Of a stretch of 64,000 bases of DNA, positions 15,203 to 28,310 are shown in pieces (within the stretch, counting starts at the first letter, position 1; every line of letters starts with the position of its first letter). The position numbers were made by a program, and so were the translations under genes. This stretch comes from Psilocybe cubensis. Taxonomy: Eukaryota. The stretch is taken from contig CM039000.1 of NCBI GenBank assembly GCA_017499595.2, positions 3,844,001 to 3,908,000 of the forward strand, read 5' to 3'. The notes below the pieces were generated by a model. That model did no database searches and was not told the origin of the DNA. It saw only the letters and a list, made by a program, of their open reading frames with translations.

Positions 15203-15362
15203 GGATGTGGGCGTGGGTCGGGGCCATAAATAATACATCCACAGGCGCCCGCAAAGTATACCGATCGCTCCGGGATATAATTCCTTTCCGCTTTTCTGCT
15301 ATACATTCTTGGGTCGGGAACACCTAGATCCCAGGGGAGAATGTATACAAGGAAAAGCGTTT
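15203..15362 (-). ncRNA. Candidate structured ncRNA (hairpin, ANANNA, hairpin, ACA; H/ACA-like)
   Basis: Stems 15289-15296/15352-15359 and 15300-15309/15338-15347. On the minus strand AAAGGA follows the first hairpin and ACA (15208-15206) follows a GGGCG/CGCCC stem. Guide pockets are not obvious. Confidence 0.3.
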
Positions 15363-17309
15363 TAGCAAGCAACCTAACTTGTGGTAGTGTCAAGGGTGCA
15401 CCGTGCCATGGGAGCGAACCTTGGTTACGAGACGGCGGCTGCGATACCGTGGGCTACTCGCGTACGTGGACAGAAACGCAACAGGCCTTCAATCTTGAAT
15501 ATTGAATGCTTGCTCGCATACTTCCTCGCATGTTTCGACGCCCAGATAGTAAGTGGACAAGAGTCCACAGCTCAAGTGAACTCACCCTGCTCCACACCTG
15601 TTCGAGTCTGGCGCATCTAACGACGTCGAATTTATTGGCCTTGTCGGGGACATCAATGTCTGAAAAAAGCGCACTCGGTCAGAGTTCGCGCGGTAGTATA
15701 TGCCATGAACAACGGGTGGAAACTGAAGTGATTGCCCACGACTGATTAAACGTCTCCGTTCACTCCGCCTCAATCCATCAAACCCTCATTCGAGTACTGA
15801 GTGCTATATCCTTACTCTGGAAATATGAAGAGTCTAAGGATAAAACCAAACATCCAGCGAACGGTTCGTAGGGTAAGTAGCTGATATGCATATATGCATA
15901 CATACATGTTACTGCGACGTCGGCCACTACGCCCCTGTATCCTCAAACACTCAAACCAGAGTTAAAGTTATGTCTCCGTATCCACTCAAGGTAACAAAAT
16001 ACCTATTGCAAATTCACAACTGCCGCATTCATCGCGACTCGCCTGGAAAGGAGTGTGCCCTGAGTGACAAGGCTAACCTAACCATAAAGGATTTTTATGC
16101 AAATGACCCGCAATCCATGGGTCATTTCGATCGTTACAGATCATTGTAGGCGGCTGAGGGCGGCTGTAGGCGGGCGGCCTGATCCATTACAAAATATCCA
16201 CATTCAAATTTGAAAATTATAACCTGCAAAGGTTTCACAATCTTCCAAAGAGCGACGAGTACGTTAAAGCAATGCATCTAATAGTGCGATTAGCCATCTA
16301 CACGGTCTTTTTTTGACAACGTTTGGGAATGATAATTTGTCAATGGCAGTTTGTGAGTTCATCAAACCCATAAGGAGAACGTCGGGGAGGGAGGAGGCGG
16401 GCGCGCACGACGCTCACCTCGTCTGGCTGGTTTACACACACTAAGCGGTGTGTCCAGTCTGCACCAGATCGCAGCGCGTGAAAAAATAGAGTAACTCTGT
16501 ATCAGCGTATGTATATAACCCATCAAATCGCACTTATTTTTATCACCTGCACTGTTGTATTGGTCGTCGCGTAAAGTGTTTATTGCGGGTTAATATGTTG
16601 TGTGCGTTGTGTTACATAAACTTGAGTGGGTTTATTTCCAATGTGAATGTGAATGTATCAAAACGCATTGCCATGGAAAAGGACGCAGTGTTGTGACCTG
16701 AGCGGCAGGCTGATCTACAGCAGAATTGATGAGCTATGGGCTCACTCATTCATAGGTAGTCAGGTCTGTAGACAACAGATCATGAAACTGTTGGAAACGA
16801 TGTCCAGAACGCGCCTCTCAAAATGAATGTGAGAGGGACATGGTTTGATGGAGAGATATCCCGTGTGGGCTATTTTGTTGTGCTCCGGGAAGAAGGTTAT
16901 CCAGTATTATAATGTTACACCGGTTTAGTATAAGGTAGCGACTTTGTGTTGTTATGGGAAGAGATATAGTACACAATGCATGCATAGTAGGACGCGTTCT
17001 TGAACAACCGTATCGTGCTATCGTGAGTGGCCTAAGCAAAAAGAAAAAGAAAGAGAAAAAAAAAAGAAATCAAGGATAGGAAGTTGTACATGAAAAAAAA
17101 AACCTGAAAAGAGAGAAAAGAAGACTCATAAAACTTTGTCTTCGCGTCCAATGTAGGCGCCAAGTGGTATATAGAGTGTGAATGCTGGTGCTGAGAGTCG
17201 CAGTATGGCACAAGGACATAAAAAGGAATGGGGGCATGCGATGGTAAATCCAAAGCAGTACATCAGGAAACATCCAATGATGTTGAGAGATGGTAGTCGG
17301 GGAATTTTT

Positions 17310-18253
17310 TTAATGCGGTGTCGAAAACGGCGGGGTAGGGTTGGGTATCATCCTGCCTAGGGAGTCTCGCGAGTACTCATGTAGTTGCTGTATGAATCCA
17401 AAGTTGGGGTTCGCAACCCTCCTCTTGCTTTTAATAAAATGCACTGCTTCTGTTGGTGTCCAACCATACGCAGCCATTAGGTACGCAGCCACGACACTGA
17501 CACTGCGACTGACTCCCTCCGCGCAGTGCACGAGTACATGTGCGTTGGGGCTCGAGTTGAGCGCGTCACGGATGAACGCCGTTGTGCTGGGCAGGTGTCC
17601 CGCGAGCTCCGCGAACGGTAAATCCTCGATGCGCACTTGCATCCGGATAGGCTGCACGGGTAGCAGCGTCGGCGGGGGGCGGAAGATGGTGTCGGAGAGC
17701 GTCGAGAGGATGTGTGTTATCCGGTAAGAGGTGAGCAGGGCTGGGTTCTCAGCGAAGGCGAGGTCAGAGATGTATAGACGGGGGATAATCTCGCTGACGT
17801 TGCGTGCTGGACGGGCATGGTATGAAGGAGAGAAAGGCGAGGCAGATGGGGGCGACACTGTTGGGTTGGTTGGTGCTAATGTCCATGGCTGGGGGTATTG
17901 TGAATGGTGGGTATTATGGCCTGAGCCTCCGCGGTGGAAAGACATGTTGTCGGAAAAGGACTGGCTTGAAGCTCTACTTCTATCTTGCTGGTTGTGGTGC
18001 AAAAGCGAGGATGTCTGTATGGGGGTTCGTGATGAGCGCTCAGGACCGTGACAAATGGGAAAGAGATGGGAAAAGATAAGATGGTGTTTGGTAAACTGCC
18101 GTTATAAGGAAAAAAAAGCAGCGTATGTTGTGTGGCCCGTGTGGGCCCAAGCAACAATGGCACAAATACAATACAAGCAAATAGTCACGGATGACCTGCA
18201 GTAGAAACAACATCATATTAACTCACCGGAGTAGCAGTGTTGACGTAGGACAT
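17310..18253 (-). CDS. Dual-specificity protein phosphatase (2 exons)
   Basis: Catalytic loop VHCAEGVSRS, AYLM and NPNFGFIQQL. Short first exon MSYVNTATP|GTGAGT splices in phase to TSSLLHHNQQD. Confidence 0.9.
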
Positions 18254-19840
18254 TAAAAACTTTGTCAAGATCCCCCTCCGATAATAGCGTAGCAGCCGCG
18301 TTCGAGACGTAGTTAATTGACGGGCGGAAGGGAGTGATATTTTTTGCACCTCCTGGCAGGGAACACGGTTTGAGCGACAAGATCAATAAAGGTCTTGGAC
18401 GGATAAAGTTGGTTTAACAAACACGCGCGTGTCGGAACGTAAGGAGGGGCGGGAAGAAGGATGGGGATAGTATCCAATCAGCGTCGAACTGAGGAAGGCC
18501 GGAGTCGACAGTGGGCACCCAGAGAGAAATTTAAAGAGCAGCTAGGCTATTATATACAAGAAATCCTCTATTCGTCTAAAACGGAAGGCGTTGGATGTAT
18601 GATGATGGCAATTATCAGGTTCGCAGGACCTGAATGAGGAGGTGACGTCTAAATGATTAAGGGAAAGTAACAAGGGAAACCTCAAGATCGCAGCCGCGGT
18701 ATTAATCCAAAGATGGGAAGGACCTCCGCAGAACTCTCTGTCGAAACGGCGGAATACAACGGAAGTAGTTGTTGGGGTTGTTGGGAGAAGGAGAGGGGGG
18801 TGTGGTGTTGTAGGAGGAAATTGCAAAACCCCCATCAAAACCTGACAACCTTTTTAACAACGATGTTTCGGCTTGGATTTGTTCCCTTGCGCCAAATATT
18901 TCCCATGGGATTCGCATATGTGCTAATGCATATTGTGTTTGTGCGTGGGTGCTGTGTGTGGGCACCGAAGGCACTGACCCGACGGGATTGGGACCGGGCG
19001 GAGGGGTGCATGCAACAGCGAAGGGACGCCATTTGTCAAGCTGTCGAACGCGCCGTGCATTGGCTGGCACCGTCAGCCGTAAGCCGTAATTAAAAATATA
19101 CAAGGCTCGGTGTAGCTGTACATCTCGGATCTGAAGCAACGACCCGAAGAAAAGTTCGGAGAACGAGTAGGATTGTGGAGCCGCGAAAGAAACCCGGGGC
19201 GAAGAGGGCAGCTGGGGGCAAAAGCAGTGCTAAGTTACAGCAGACTATAATCCGGAGGTCGGTTAACGGACATTGCCAAGCAATCCTACCGATATATCTG
19301 CAGTTGTGATGTGGAATTAACAGAAAATGCTGTGTGGCGAGAAGGAAGGGGGTTGGGGAAAGCGCTTGTGTTTGAGGAACAGCCTCAGTATAACCATTCA
19401 AACTCCGGCATCATCATCCTTCCCAATGAATCTTATCAGTGATCCTCAACCCACCGCTGATAGAGTACTTCATTGTCAATTCTGATTGATGCAGCTCCTG
19501 TGCGATCCATCAACAGGGATCCAAATCACGCTGCGGGGCTTCTTCATCTATCGTTCGACGAAGACATGTATATTCACGGAGAAACAAGAGCCAGTTTAAT
19601 AACCGACATAAAGCATTACTATCCACTACTCCAAACATACATTCTACGACATGAATCAAGGACGAAAATAGAGGAATGAGCATGGCTGGAAAACCTTTTG
19701 AGTGCACGTACAACGGACGATAGGCGAGTGAAATAGAAATCGGTCGGTTCATCGAGGAAATCGTCAAGAAAGGCATAGAACAAGAGACGAGAAAGAGTAG
19801 AAAGCAGAACAAACGTCAAACTCCAGTCGGAGCAGATGTT

Positions 19841-21535
19841 TTAGATGAGGTCGCTGCAAAAAGATAAGAGCAAGGCACACAGTCAGCTCAGAGTGCCAAG
19901 GCATGAAGATCATTATTAAAACCACTTACGCGACGTTGAGAGGCATCTCGTCGATCTGAGTGTTGTAGAATTCTGTGTGACGGGCGGCTTACTCAGCACC
20001 AAATAAGACTGACAGTGCAAAAAATTACCACGTACGTTCAATGTCTCTCAACATGCGAACATCATCGGTGGTAACAAAGTTAATGGCAACACCCTTGCGT
20101 CCGAAACGTCCTCCACGGCCGATACGATGGATGTAGTTTTCCCTGTTGGTGGGCAGGTCGTAGTTGATAACGAGTGAGACCTGCTGGACGTCGATACCAC
20201 GGGCGAGGAGATCGGTTGTGATCAGCACACGAGATGATCCGGAGCGGAATTCCTTCATGAGGACTTCACGTTGTTTCTGCTCCATGTCTCCGTGCTAAAC
20301 GGGGATAAGCATATCAGGATAAATGGCATGACATATAGTGTGATAACAAAGGCTGCTCACCATGGCAGAGACGGTGAACTCACGGGAGTGCATCTTCTCA
20401 GTGAGCCAGTCGACCTTCCGCCTGGTGTTGCAGAAGATGACAGCTTGAGTGATGGTAACGGTCTCGTAGAGATCGCAGAGGGTGTCGAGTTTCCACTCCT
20501 CTTTCTCGACAGCAATGTAGAACTGCTTAATACCTTCGAGGGTCAGCTCATCACGCTTGACGAGAATCCTGACGGGGTCTCGCATGAATTTTTTGGTAAC
20601 CTCGAGGACATCGGCGGGCATGGTAGCCGACAGCAGAACGACCTGGGTATCCTGAGGAAGCAGCTGGAAGACTGGGGGGAAAATAAGCGAACAAATTGAT
20701 CAAATAGGAGTTATGTTACGCACCTTCGTAGATTTGGTCCTTGAATCCACGGGACAACATCTCATCGGCCTCATCAAGGCAGAAAATTTTGATGTTGTCG
20801 GTCCTGAGGGCCCTGCGGTTGATCATGTCATACACACGTCCAGGGGTTCCGACAACGACTTGAACGCCCTCCTGGAGCTTGGCCATATCCTCACGAACGT
20901 TGGTGCCTCCGACACATGCGTGGCACTCAATGTTCATGTAGTCACCGAGAGCGATGACGACCTTTTGGATTTGCTGAGCTAGCTCACGGGTGGGTGCAAG
21001 AATGAGGGCCTGGGTGCCCTTGACGTTCATATCCAACTGAGTGGTAGCAGGCTGTCAGAGACGCCATTCAAAGTTCTTTCTGGTGAGTACGAACCTGCTG
21101 AAGGATAGAAATGGAGAAGGTAGCGGTCTTGCCAGTACCAGACTGGGCCTGTGCAATGACGTCGTGTCCTTTCACGACGGGGACGATAGCCCTCTGCTGG
21201 ATAGCGGAAGGGCGCTCGAAACTTTCGCGGGTATCAGCACAAGGTCGTAAGCGAATGCAGTCGGATGGACTTACCCGTAAGCGTAAATTCCTCGGAGGAG
21301 CTCAGGCTTCAGCTCCATGTTGTCGAAGCTTGTCGATTATCAGACATGGTGTGCTTTGATGGCACAGATATCGACTCACTTGTCTACGACCTGGTCCCAG
21401 TTGGACTCGATCTCATTCTCAGCGACATCTTGAAGTTCTTCACTGCCAACGACGAGGCAAAAAGGTAGGAAAAAGGTGAGCCAAGGTATCCAGGGTAAAT
21501 GCGTGTCGCCAAAAAAAAGGGACGTACGTTGACAT
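19841..21535 (-). CDS. TIF1: Translation initiation factor eIF4A (DEAD-box helicase), multi-exon
   Basis: [65 protein letters not shown] and C-terminal EMPLNVADLI*. Confidence 0.97.
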
Positions 21536-24500
21536 GAATGTGTGTTGTTTGCTATTCCCAAGTGTCGACTGTGATTGTCGACTTTTCTGGAAATAAAAAG
21601 GGTTTTTGTCGAAGACTTGTTAAGAGAGTTTGTGTAAATCGATGGGGTAGTCCTTGCGGTCCTGGTCAGCGTCCTGGGTTCAATAATTTTTTGCGGCCCA
21701 TGAGTCCGGCATTTTCCGTGCCATTTTTAATCCCAGCAGCCAATGATCTTCCGCCTTTCCAGCCACTATCAGCTCTCAATGACTCCTGCCGCCTGCGGTA
21801 CCGTATAGCACTCCGTTGGACAAGGTCGAGTATTTCCATGTCACATCGATACTTTCTATCTCCCTGGTGTCGAGTATGAATCAGGGGGAACAAGTCCAGC
21901 TCGATCATGATTTCTCCTAGGATTTTTGTGACTCCTGGTCCGAGTTACAGACTGACTAGCGAAATGAAGGTCCAAAAAGGAGGGTCAACGACCGCCTGTC
22001 TGTAATATCCATAATTTTCTCTGGTTTCTTTCCGCTTGGAACTATTACGAATCCCTTGCATAATTCAAATTTCAGCGACAAAGTATTTCTAAAATCCCGC
22101 CCACGGCGCATCAAAAACTATGTCAAACTGGACAACGAACCACCCGCCGAAACGCCAAGGCTCGACAATTAACAAAAATCCTAGGGTGTCACCCTCCAAA
22201 TCTTACGGCCTAAGGCCTCCTTGGTGAGTATTTGAAAATTCGCTTTACCCTGACCGTTTAACCCTAAAATTGTAAATAACAAACACAGCATGGATAAGCA
22301 TTAATTTCAGACGTGGACTAGGTCTGATCGTCTGCAGGACTTGAAACCAAAGTTCTTCAGGTCCTGCTGTCTACGGTGTCTACGACGCTATAGATGGCAA
22401 AAATATGGCTCCGCACCATTCTTTTTTTTGCGTTATCGCACCACCTGCCTGGGCTCCGGTTAGTAAACCAAGTCCATAATATCAGACCCATCTGACCGTA
22501 TTTTATTTTGACTCATTCTTGATCATTATGCCCCATGGCAAAGGCGTCGCAATTCGAGTCTTCTTACTGATCGTAGGATGCTGGAGTGGACGGGCACGAG
22601 ATAGATAATCACATCTCGTGCTGGCTGATTTGGCATTGGCAGCGGCTCTGCCCAACGACGATAATATCTCAGCTTCGCAGTGACACTTGAAATCTGGCAT
22701 CGGTAGACAGCTATGCTTCTCTTCTCTTCTACGATACATTATCCCACCCCTAGTTGATTTTCGTGGCTTTAGGCTTAGCTTTGGACATTCCTGTCCACGC
22801 CATGTATTTCCAGCTATTGATAAATTAACAGCCCCTCTCATCCCGCAGGAGATTCTTTCAAGCTTCTGCAAATCAGAAAAATGCCATGAAACCTAATTTC
22901 TACGGACAACAAATCTACATATTGAATTCCCGAACGTTCTACTAGGTATTTCTCTAGTTGACAGAATGTCGCCACATTTGAATTGATTGATCCTTTGTGA
23001 GGCGGAACACGGGTTTCAAAGCTATACAAAGCGCGCAGTTTCCCTTCTCTGATGCCACTTCATTGCTGGAGTTCATGGAAATCACGCGTACGAAAGACGG
23101 TATCCTGATCATATAATAATTCACTCGCGCGGCGAGGTAGGATCGCTTCTACCTAAAAATCTCACTTGTTAGCACCCACGATGGCGCTACTGATTCAAAT
23201 GCTTTAAATCTAAAATTGAAAATTTCCACAAGATGATTTTTTTACCGCTGGGGGTAGACTGTGCTGATAAACCTCTATCCAAGTCTAACGAATTAACCGT
23301 AAGATAAAAACGGCTCACTAGGGCTGAGTAGAGATGTCGTTATTTTTGCTGTTATCATATGATCAAACTCGCTACTGACAACTCCAAAGAGCAACAATAT
23401 CGCCAGTGCAAATGTATCAGTTTTAAATTTTGATATACCGACGTTTGTACAGAGGAGTTTCTGTTGGGTAAAACTATATTTTCTGATATGATAAAAGCTG
23501 CTGTCCACTTCTCCCTTGTTGATTAGGTTCTAGGAGTTATAATTGCTATATCTCCTCGGACGTGAACTTGTCATTTATCTTGCTCCTCGCCTTGTTTACT
23601 ACTCCGTTTCGTTTGGGCTCCGTCGAAATTAGCACTCAGAACAGATATGATATGATGGGTCCCATTCTTAATATGTGTATAATGAATTGGTTCCTTGATA
23701 GAACAAGCTCATGCTAGGAAAAAATCTCATGTAAGGGGCTGAGCGGTGGCCGAGAGGAGAAAGCTATACTCAATTCTGTTGAGGAAAACAGGACCCGGTA
23801 CATCCCTGATATAACACCTCCAATTCCCTTATTTTCAAAATACATCCTTCTCAGATAGGAACTTGTCCGAAACAGAAAATTCCCTGAGATTTGTTAATTT
23901 TTGGATTCAGAACGGTGTCAAGAATTTCCATTTTCCAAATCGCAATATGCACCAGACTCCCGAAGCAAAGCAAGGCCGGACATGTATACTAATTGCGCAA
24001 GTAGATTTCAGCACTAAGTCAAACGAGCGCTAGCCGCTGCTGACGGAGAATATTCGACATGACATGGACGTAATTTCTCACCCCAAGGACCACCGTAAAG
24101 CCACATTATAATAAACCAACTTAAAACGCATGTGTTTAATCGTTTCCGTTTTCTCATTCGGTCCCTCGTGCTTATACCCTATCACGGAGTATGTAACCAG
24201 GATCATCTACGCTTGCATGTCTGTCTCTATCTGTCCCGGGATGTCTGGCCTGACGTGCCCAGTGCCAATCCCGAACCACACGCTCGTCCCATTGGCATAA
24301 TTCCGGTGTCAAGTTTTTATATTCAAGTTATCCAGAGGCACCCGCTCCGAGATGTGTATTACTTTGCGACATGTTGCTGAATGATCTGTGTTTGGTTTCC
24401 ATATCCCGACCTGCCTGGCGCGCCGCCGCTTGGCCTTAGCTAGAGCTTCAGCTTGATGTCAAGTCTTCAGGACCCCTCAGGAACGAATCGGTAAATTTTC

Positions 24501-27425
24501 ATCGGATAGACGGACGACGGATGTAGAAATAGACCTTCGCCTCCGAGCCGAATAAGCAGCACCCCTAACGTTTTTTAAAACCGGATCCGACTTCATTCCA
24601 TGACGCGTTATGCTTTGATACAATGCAAGGATCTTGTTTGAGCATGCAAAAAACTTCATGAGGCTCCTCCGAGTCCTGGGATTCCAGTATCACGGATCTA
24701 TTGATTACGCTATGGAATAGATTCCTATTCTATGGCGTGATTATACATACGCTGTATTACAATCATTGAAGATGATAATTGCCCGCTCCAGCAATCGTTC
24801 TATTGATTACTGTTACTGCAATGCACCATTGAAGTCGACCTGCTTATCAGGTGCCACTGGATAGTGATATCCATCTAAAATAGACCCATTTCCTTGATTA
24901 TCTACATCTTCATCATCAACGTGTTGATCAAGTCAATTGCGCCTTTATGATACATTAGCATCTAAGTGATGTATATGTGCTCTCAGCCTCGATCCTTTCA
25001 AGTTGGGCCTTCAACGGTGGAAGTACTGCCAGTGATCGAGATGACATCAGTCCACGCCTCGAGATAACTCTTAGAATTCGCTATCAACAGTTTCACTATC
25101 TATTTACGTACTAGGTCTATTCAGAGCCCTTGCAAAAAGGCCTCGGCTATCTCTAGAATTGAACGCTCGAGGCGTGAGCTAGAGTTGCACTGCACTGCAA
25201 TAACTATCATAGAAAAGAACGTTCTATTTATAGACGAGGGGCCCCGCCTGGCTAGGCTCGCTCGTATTCGATACATAGCCGTCCGATAACACGGTCAATC
25301 ATTCCGACGCTTTAACAGAATTTAGAACAGCTCAAAAGGTTTTAGCGACTTCAAGTTGCGTAAAGACTATGTATATACAGTCACTGGTTACCCCGACCAG
25401 CTCTAGTCCCAAAGTAAAAAGGTTCGATAGTCCGTCGATCTCGGTAGTTAGAGGGTCGAATACGAGAGTCTAGAAATTATTGGGTACGAAACTACCTGCG
25501 TCGTTTCAGAGAAGTAATTGATGACCAATGGATAGTAGCAAAAGCTATCCTAAACTTATTACAATGCTAGTGAGAGATGTTCCCAGTACCCTTCCTATTT
25601 TTGTGATGCTCTCTGTTAGGTCTTCATATTACATGTTTTGGCGGGTGCAGTGTACTTGAATCAACTTGAATACATCAAATGCATCCGTCTCTGGCGTTAC
25701 AGACACCGTCTTCAGGCGCCAAATACCCTCCTTCCAAAATTAGACCAGCTCACTGAATACAGTCCTTTTACATCCTCAGGGCCATTTGCAATGAGTCCAC
25801 CCTCGATGCTTTCAGTTATATTTGCCATAGAATTACCTGCACAGCTTACGGGGTATAGCTCAGCGACATATACCCAAGATGCTGCACCTTTACGTCAGAG
25901 GGCCAACGACTAACCTTCATTCATCAATTGTGGATGATCCTGCATCACTCAGCCATCATTAACATTGCTCATAGCGCTGTTCAGACCCAGGGGAAAAGGC
26001 CAAGGATTCCTGTCATCTCTGTATCCTATATCATGATTGTATTCGCTCCCAAACTTTTCTGAATCCTACACCGACAACCGCCACCTTGAATCTGATATCT
26101 GATCATTGATGTTGATGCAACAAAATCCTGCTTTCTAAATCTGAACATAATTTCTGAAAGCTCCGATGCAACGATGCACTGCGGATAGTTCGTAGCTGCA
26201 CGTCGTTGGCTGATATGTTTCGATATTTGGCGGTTTAGAGCATTGGGTGATAGTAGTTGGTTAATCCTCCGATGGATACTTAAATTGATGATAATCGAGA
26301 CTATGCGCCGTATATTATATTTAATGGTATTTAAGATATATTATTAGCATATCCAAAAAAGACCAAAATCACCCAGCCTGCTGCGCTGACTCAATCATCT
26401 GGGTAACTTTGGGCATCGAGCATTGGGCTTGTCGTGATTTTATCATATCATATCGCATCATATAACAACATTTCCTATCAAGGTAAACGGCCCGGCGTCT
26501 ATGCTACTCGTCACGCGCCGCTGAGCATGGACATTTCAGTAAATCAGAATGTGATTGGACCTACAATCAGAACATCATTGCGATGTTGTGGAATTATCAC
26601 TTCTTCGCTGAACTTCTTTAACATATTTCCGAGCTCCGACGTACCCAGAGTTTAATGATCCATTAAGTATTAGAAGAGAAGAAACGTAGTCGTGTGGATT
26701 GCTGTGCTACTGACAGGAAAACTGTATAAAGCATTACTGATTACAATCTTTAGCTTTTTGTAGGAAGCGCAGCATGATGTGATATTCTGTCCTTTTCACC
26801 CGACTTTCCTGTGGCAAGGTAAACCTTAGGCATGTTACATCGTATATCCTGTCACTAGCCACTACAATAGCAGAAATAAAGTGAGGACTAGTCTTCTGTC
26901 GGAGAATTTTGACTTCCGATGTTATAGACTGGTACATTTCCGTGCTGTAAATGTAATCTACCATCTTTTGAGCACAGATGATATCGTTGTGCGACTGCAT
27001 TTTAAGTGCTCAAAAAATGTTTTGGTCGCTTGAGCTCCCCGACACCATCAAAGAACACTTTGCTGGGCACTTTTCTGAGCCATGTGGGTGATTTATTTGG
27101 GGTATCTCGGCTATAAACCTACCCAAATTATTGTATAACTGATATAAATGTATAGCTCTGATTCTAATGAATTTACATTCGAAATATACACCGAAATTTA
27201 GCTTTGTACCAATCGAAACTATTGGTTGATGTGCTTTATGAGCGCCTGAGAAGTTCCCCAACACACATAGGAGGAGATGGTGTTGTGGGCTAACCTAGAG
27301 GACATTCTAAATGATCGAGAGAATTAACATGAATAATGTGAGCCTACTACAGGTTGATTGATGATTTGGATCTGTGGTTCAACAATCTACCGTGATTGCT
27401 CTGATTCGGGCAAATAGAAAAATAA

Positions 27426-27486
27426 GTGCACGCAAGTGCATGCAAGTGCATGCAAGTGCAATGCAAGTGCAACTCTGCACTTGCAT
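27426..27486. repeat. Subterminal (GCAAGTGCAT)n / GTGCA degenerate tandem array
   Basis: gtgcacgcaagtgcatgcaagtgcatgcaagtgcaatgcaagtgca read directly. Reverse orientation of the two downstream arrays. Confidence 0.85.
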
Positions 27487-28102
27487 CGCGCGTGACAGTG
27501 TGTGAATATGTCACAATTATTTCCTCGGGACAAAGGTGCCGGTGCATGCCGAGTGAGGAGAACATGCCATGTTTTGCTCGTACAACTGAGGTCTGAGGCG
27601 CATAAACAATTTTGGCTTCTAGCATGAGTTTTGAATACTACCTCTGTTAGACTATTTATTCTAAAATTTGCTTCAGACAGTTTGTGCGCCATTTTCTGGC
27701 ACATTTCACTGCCAGGGATGTGTTGTCACGGACTTGTGATCTGTCGTCACAAGAACCAATGAACTCGTTGTAAATACACCTTCTGCCTTGGAGTATGGGA
27801 AAATAACACATAAAACTTATATATTTCGGTCTGTGTGGTATACCCACTCTACCGAATAGTGTTTTTTACTCTCTCTGGGCACCTTGGGGCGAAATAAATC
27901 AAAAATAAGTTTGAATATTCTCTCTACAATGATGAGGTACTACATCAAGCAAAACAATGTCTGCCTGCTAAAACTTCCTCTATTCGGATTAAGAAATCGG
28001 GTAACATTAAAAATTATGCTTACAGCTGGGGATTCTGCTGGCAATTATACAATAATTGACTCGTCTCCGATAACCTTCTAATTTATGTCACATTTATGTC
28101 AC

Positions 28103-28310
28103 ATGCACTTGCTTTACACTGCACTTGCACTGCACTGCACTTGCGTGCACTTGCACTGCACTCGCGTGCACTCACGTGCACTTGCGCGCACTTTCATGCA
28201 CTCGCACTGCACTTGCATGCACTCGCATTGCACTTGCATTGCACTTGCATTGCACTTGCGTGCACTTGCACTGCACTTGCACACACTTACATTGCACTTG
28301 AATGCACTTA
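28103..28310. repeat. Internal (TGCAC/TGCACT)n degenerate tandem array
   Basis: About 200 bp built from TGCAC, TGCACT and TGCAT units. It produces spurious H/C/A/L-rich ORFs. Confidence 0.9.

Noticed and set aside
20271-21359. Long plus-strand ORFs antisense to eIF4A
   Set aside because: Shadow ORFs caused by the strong codon bias of a highly expressed gene.
22259-22267. TAACCCTAA, a 1.5-copy telomere repeat resembling a fungal telomerase RNA template
   Set aside because: A single 9-mer is plausible by chance in 64 kb on two strands. It lies inside an apparent intron, and I could not see a supporting pseudoknot or other telomerase RNA domain.
22594-22621. 9-bp perfect inverted repeat GCACGAGAT/ATCTCGTGC
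   Set aside because: Too short and isolated to distinguish from chance.
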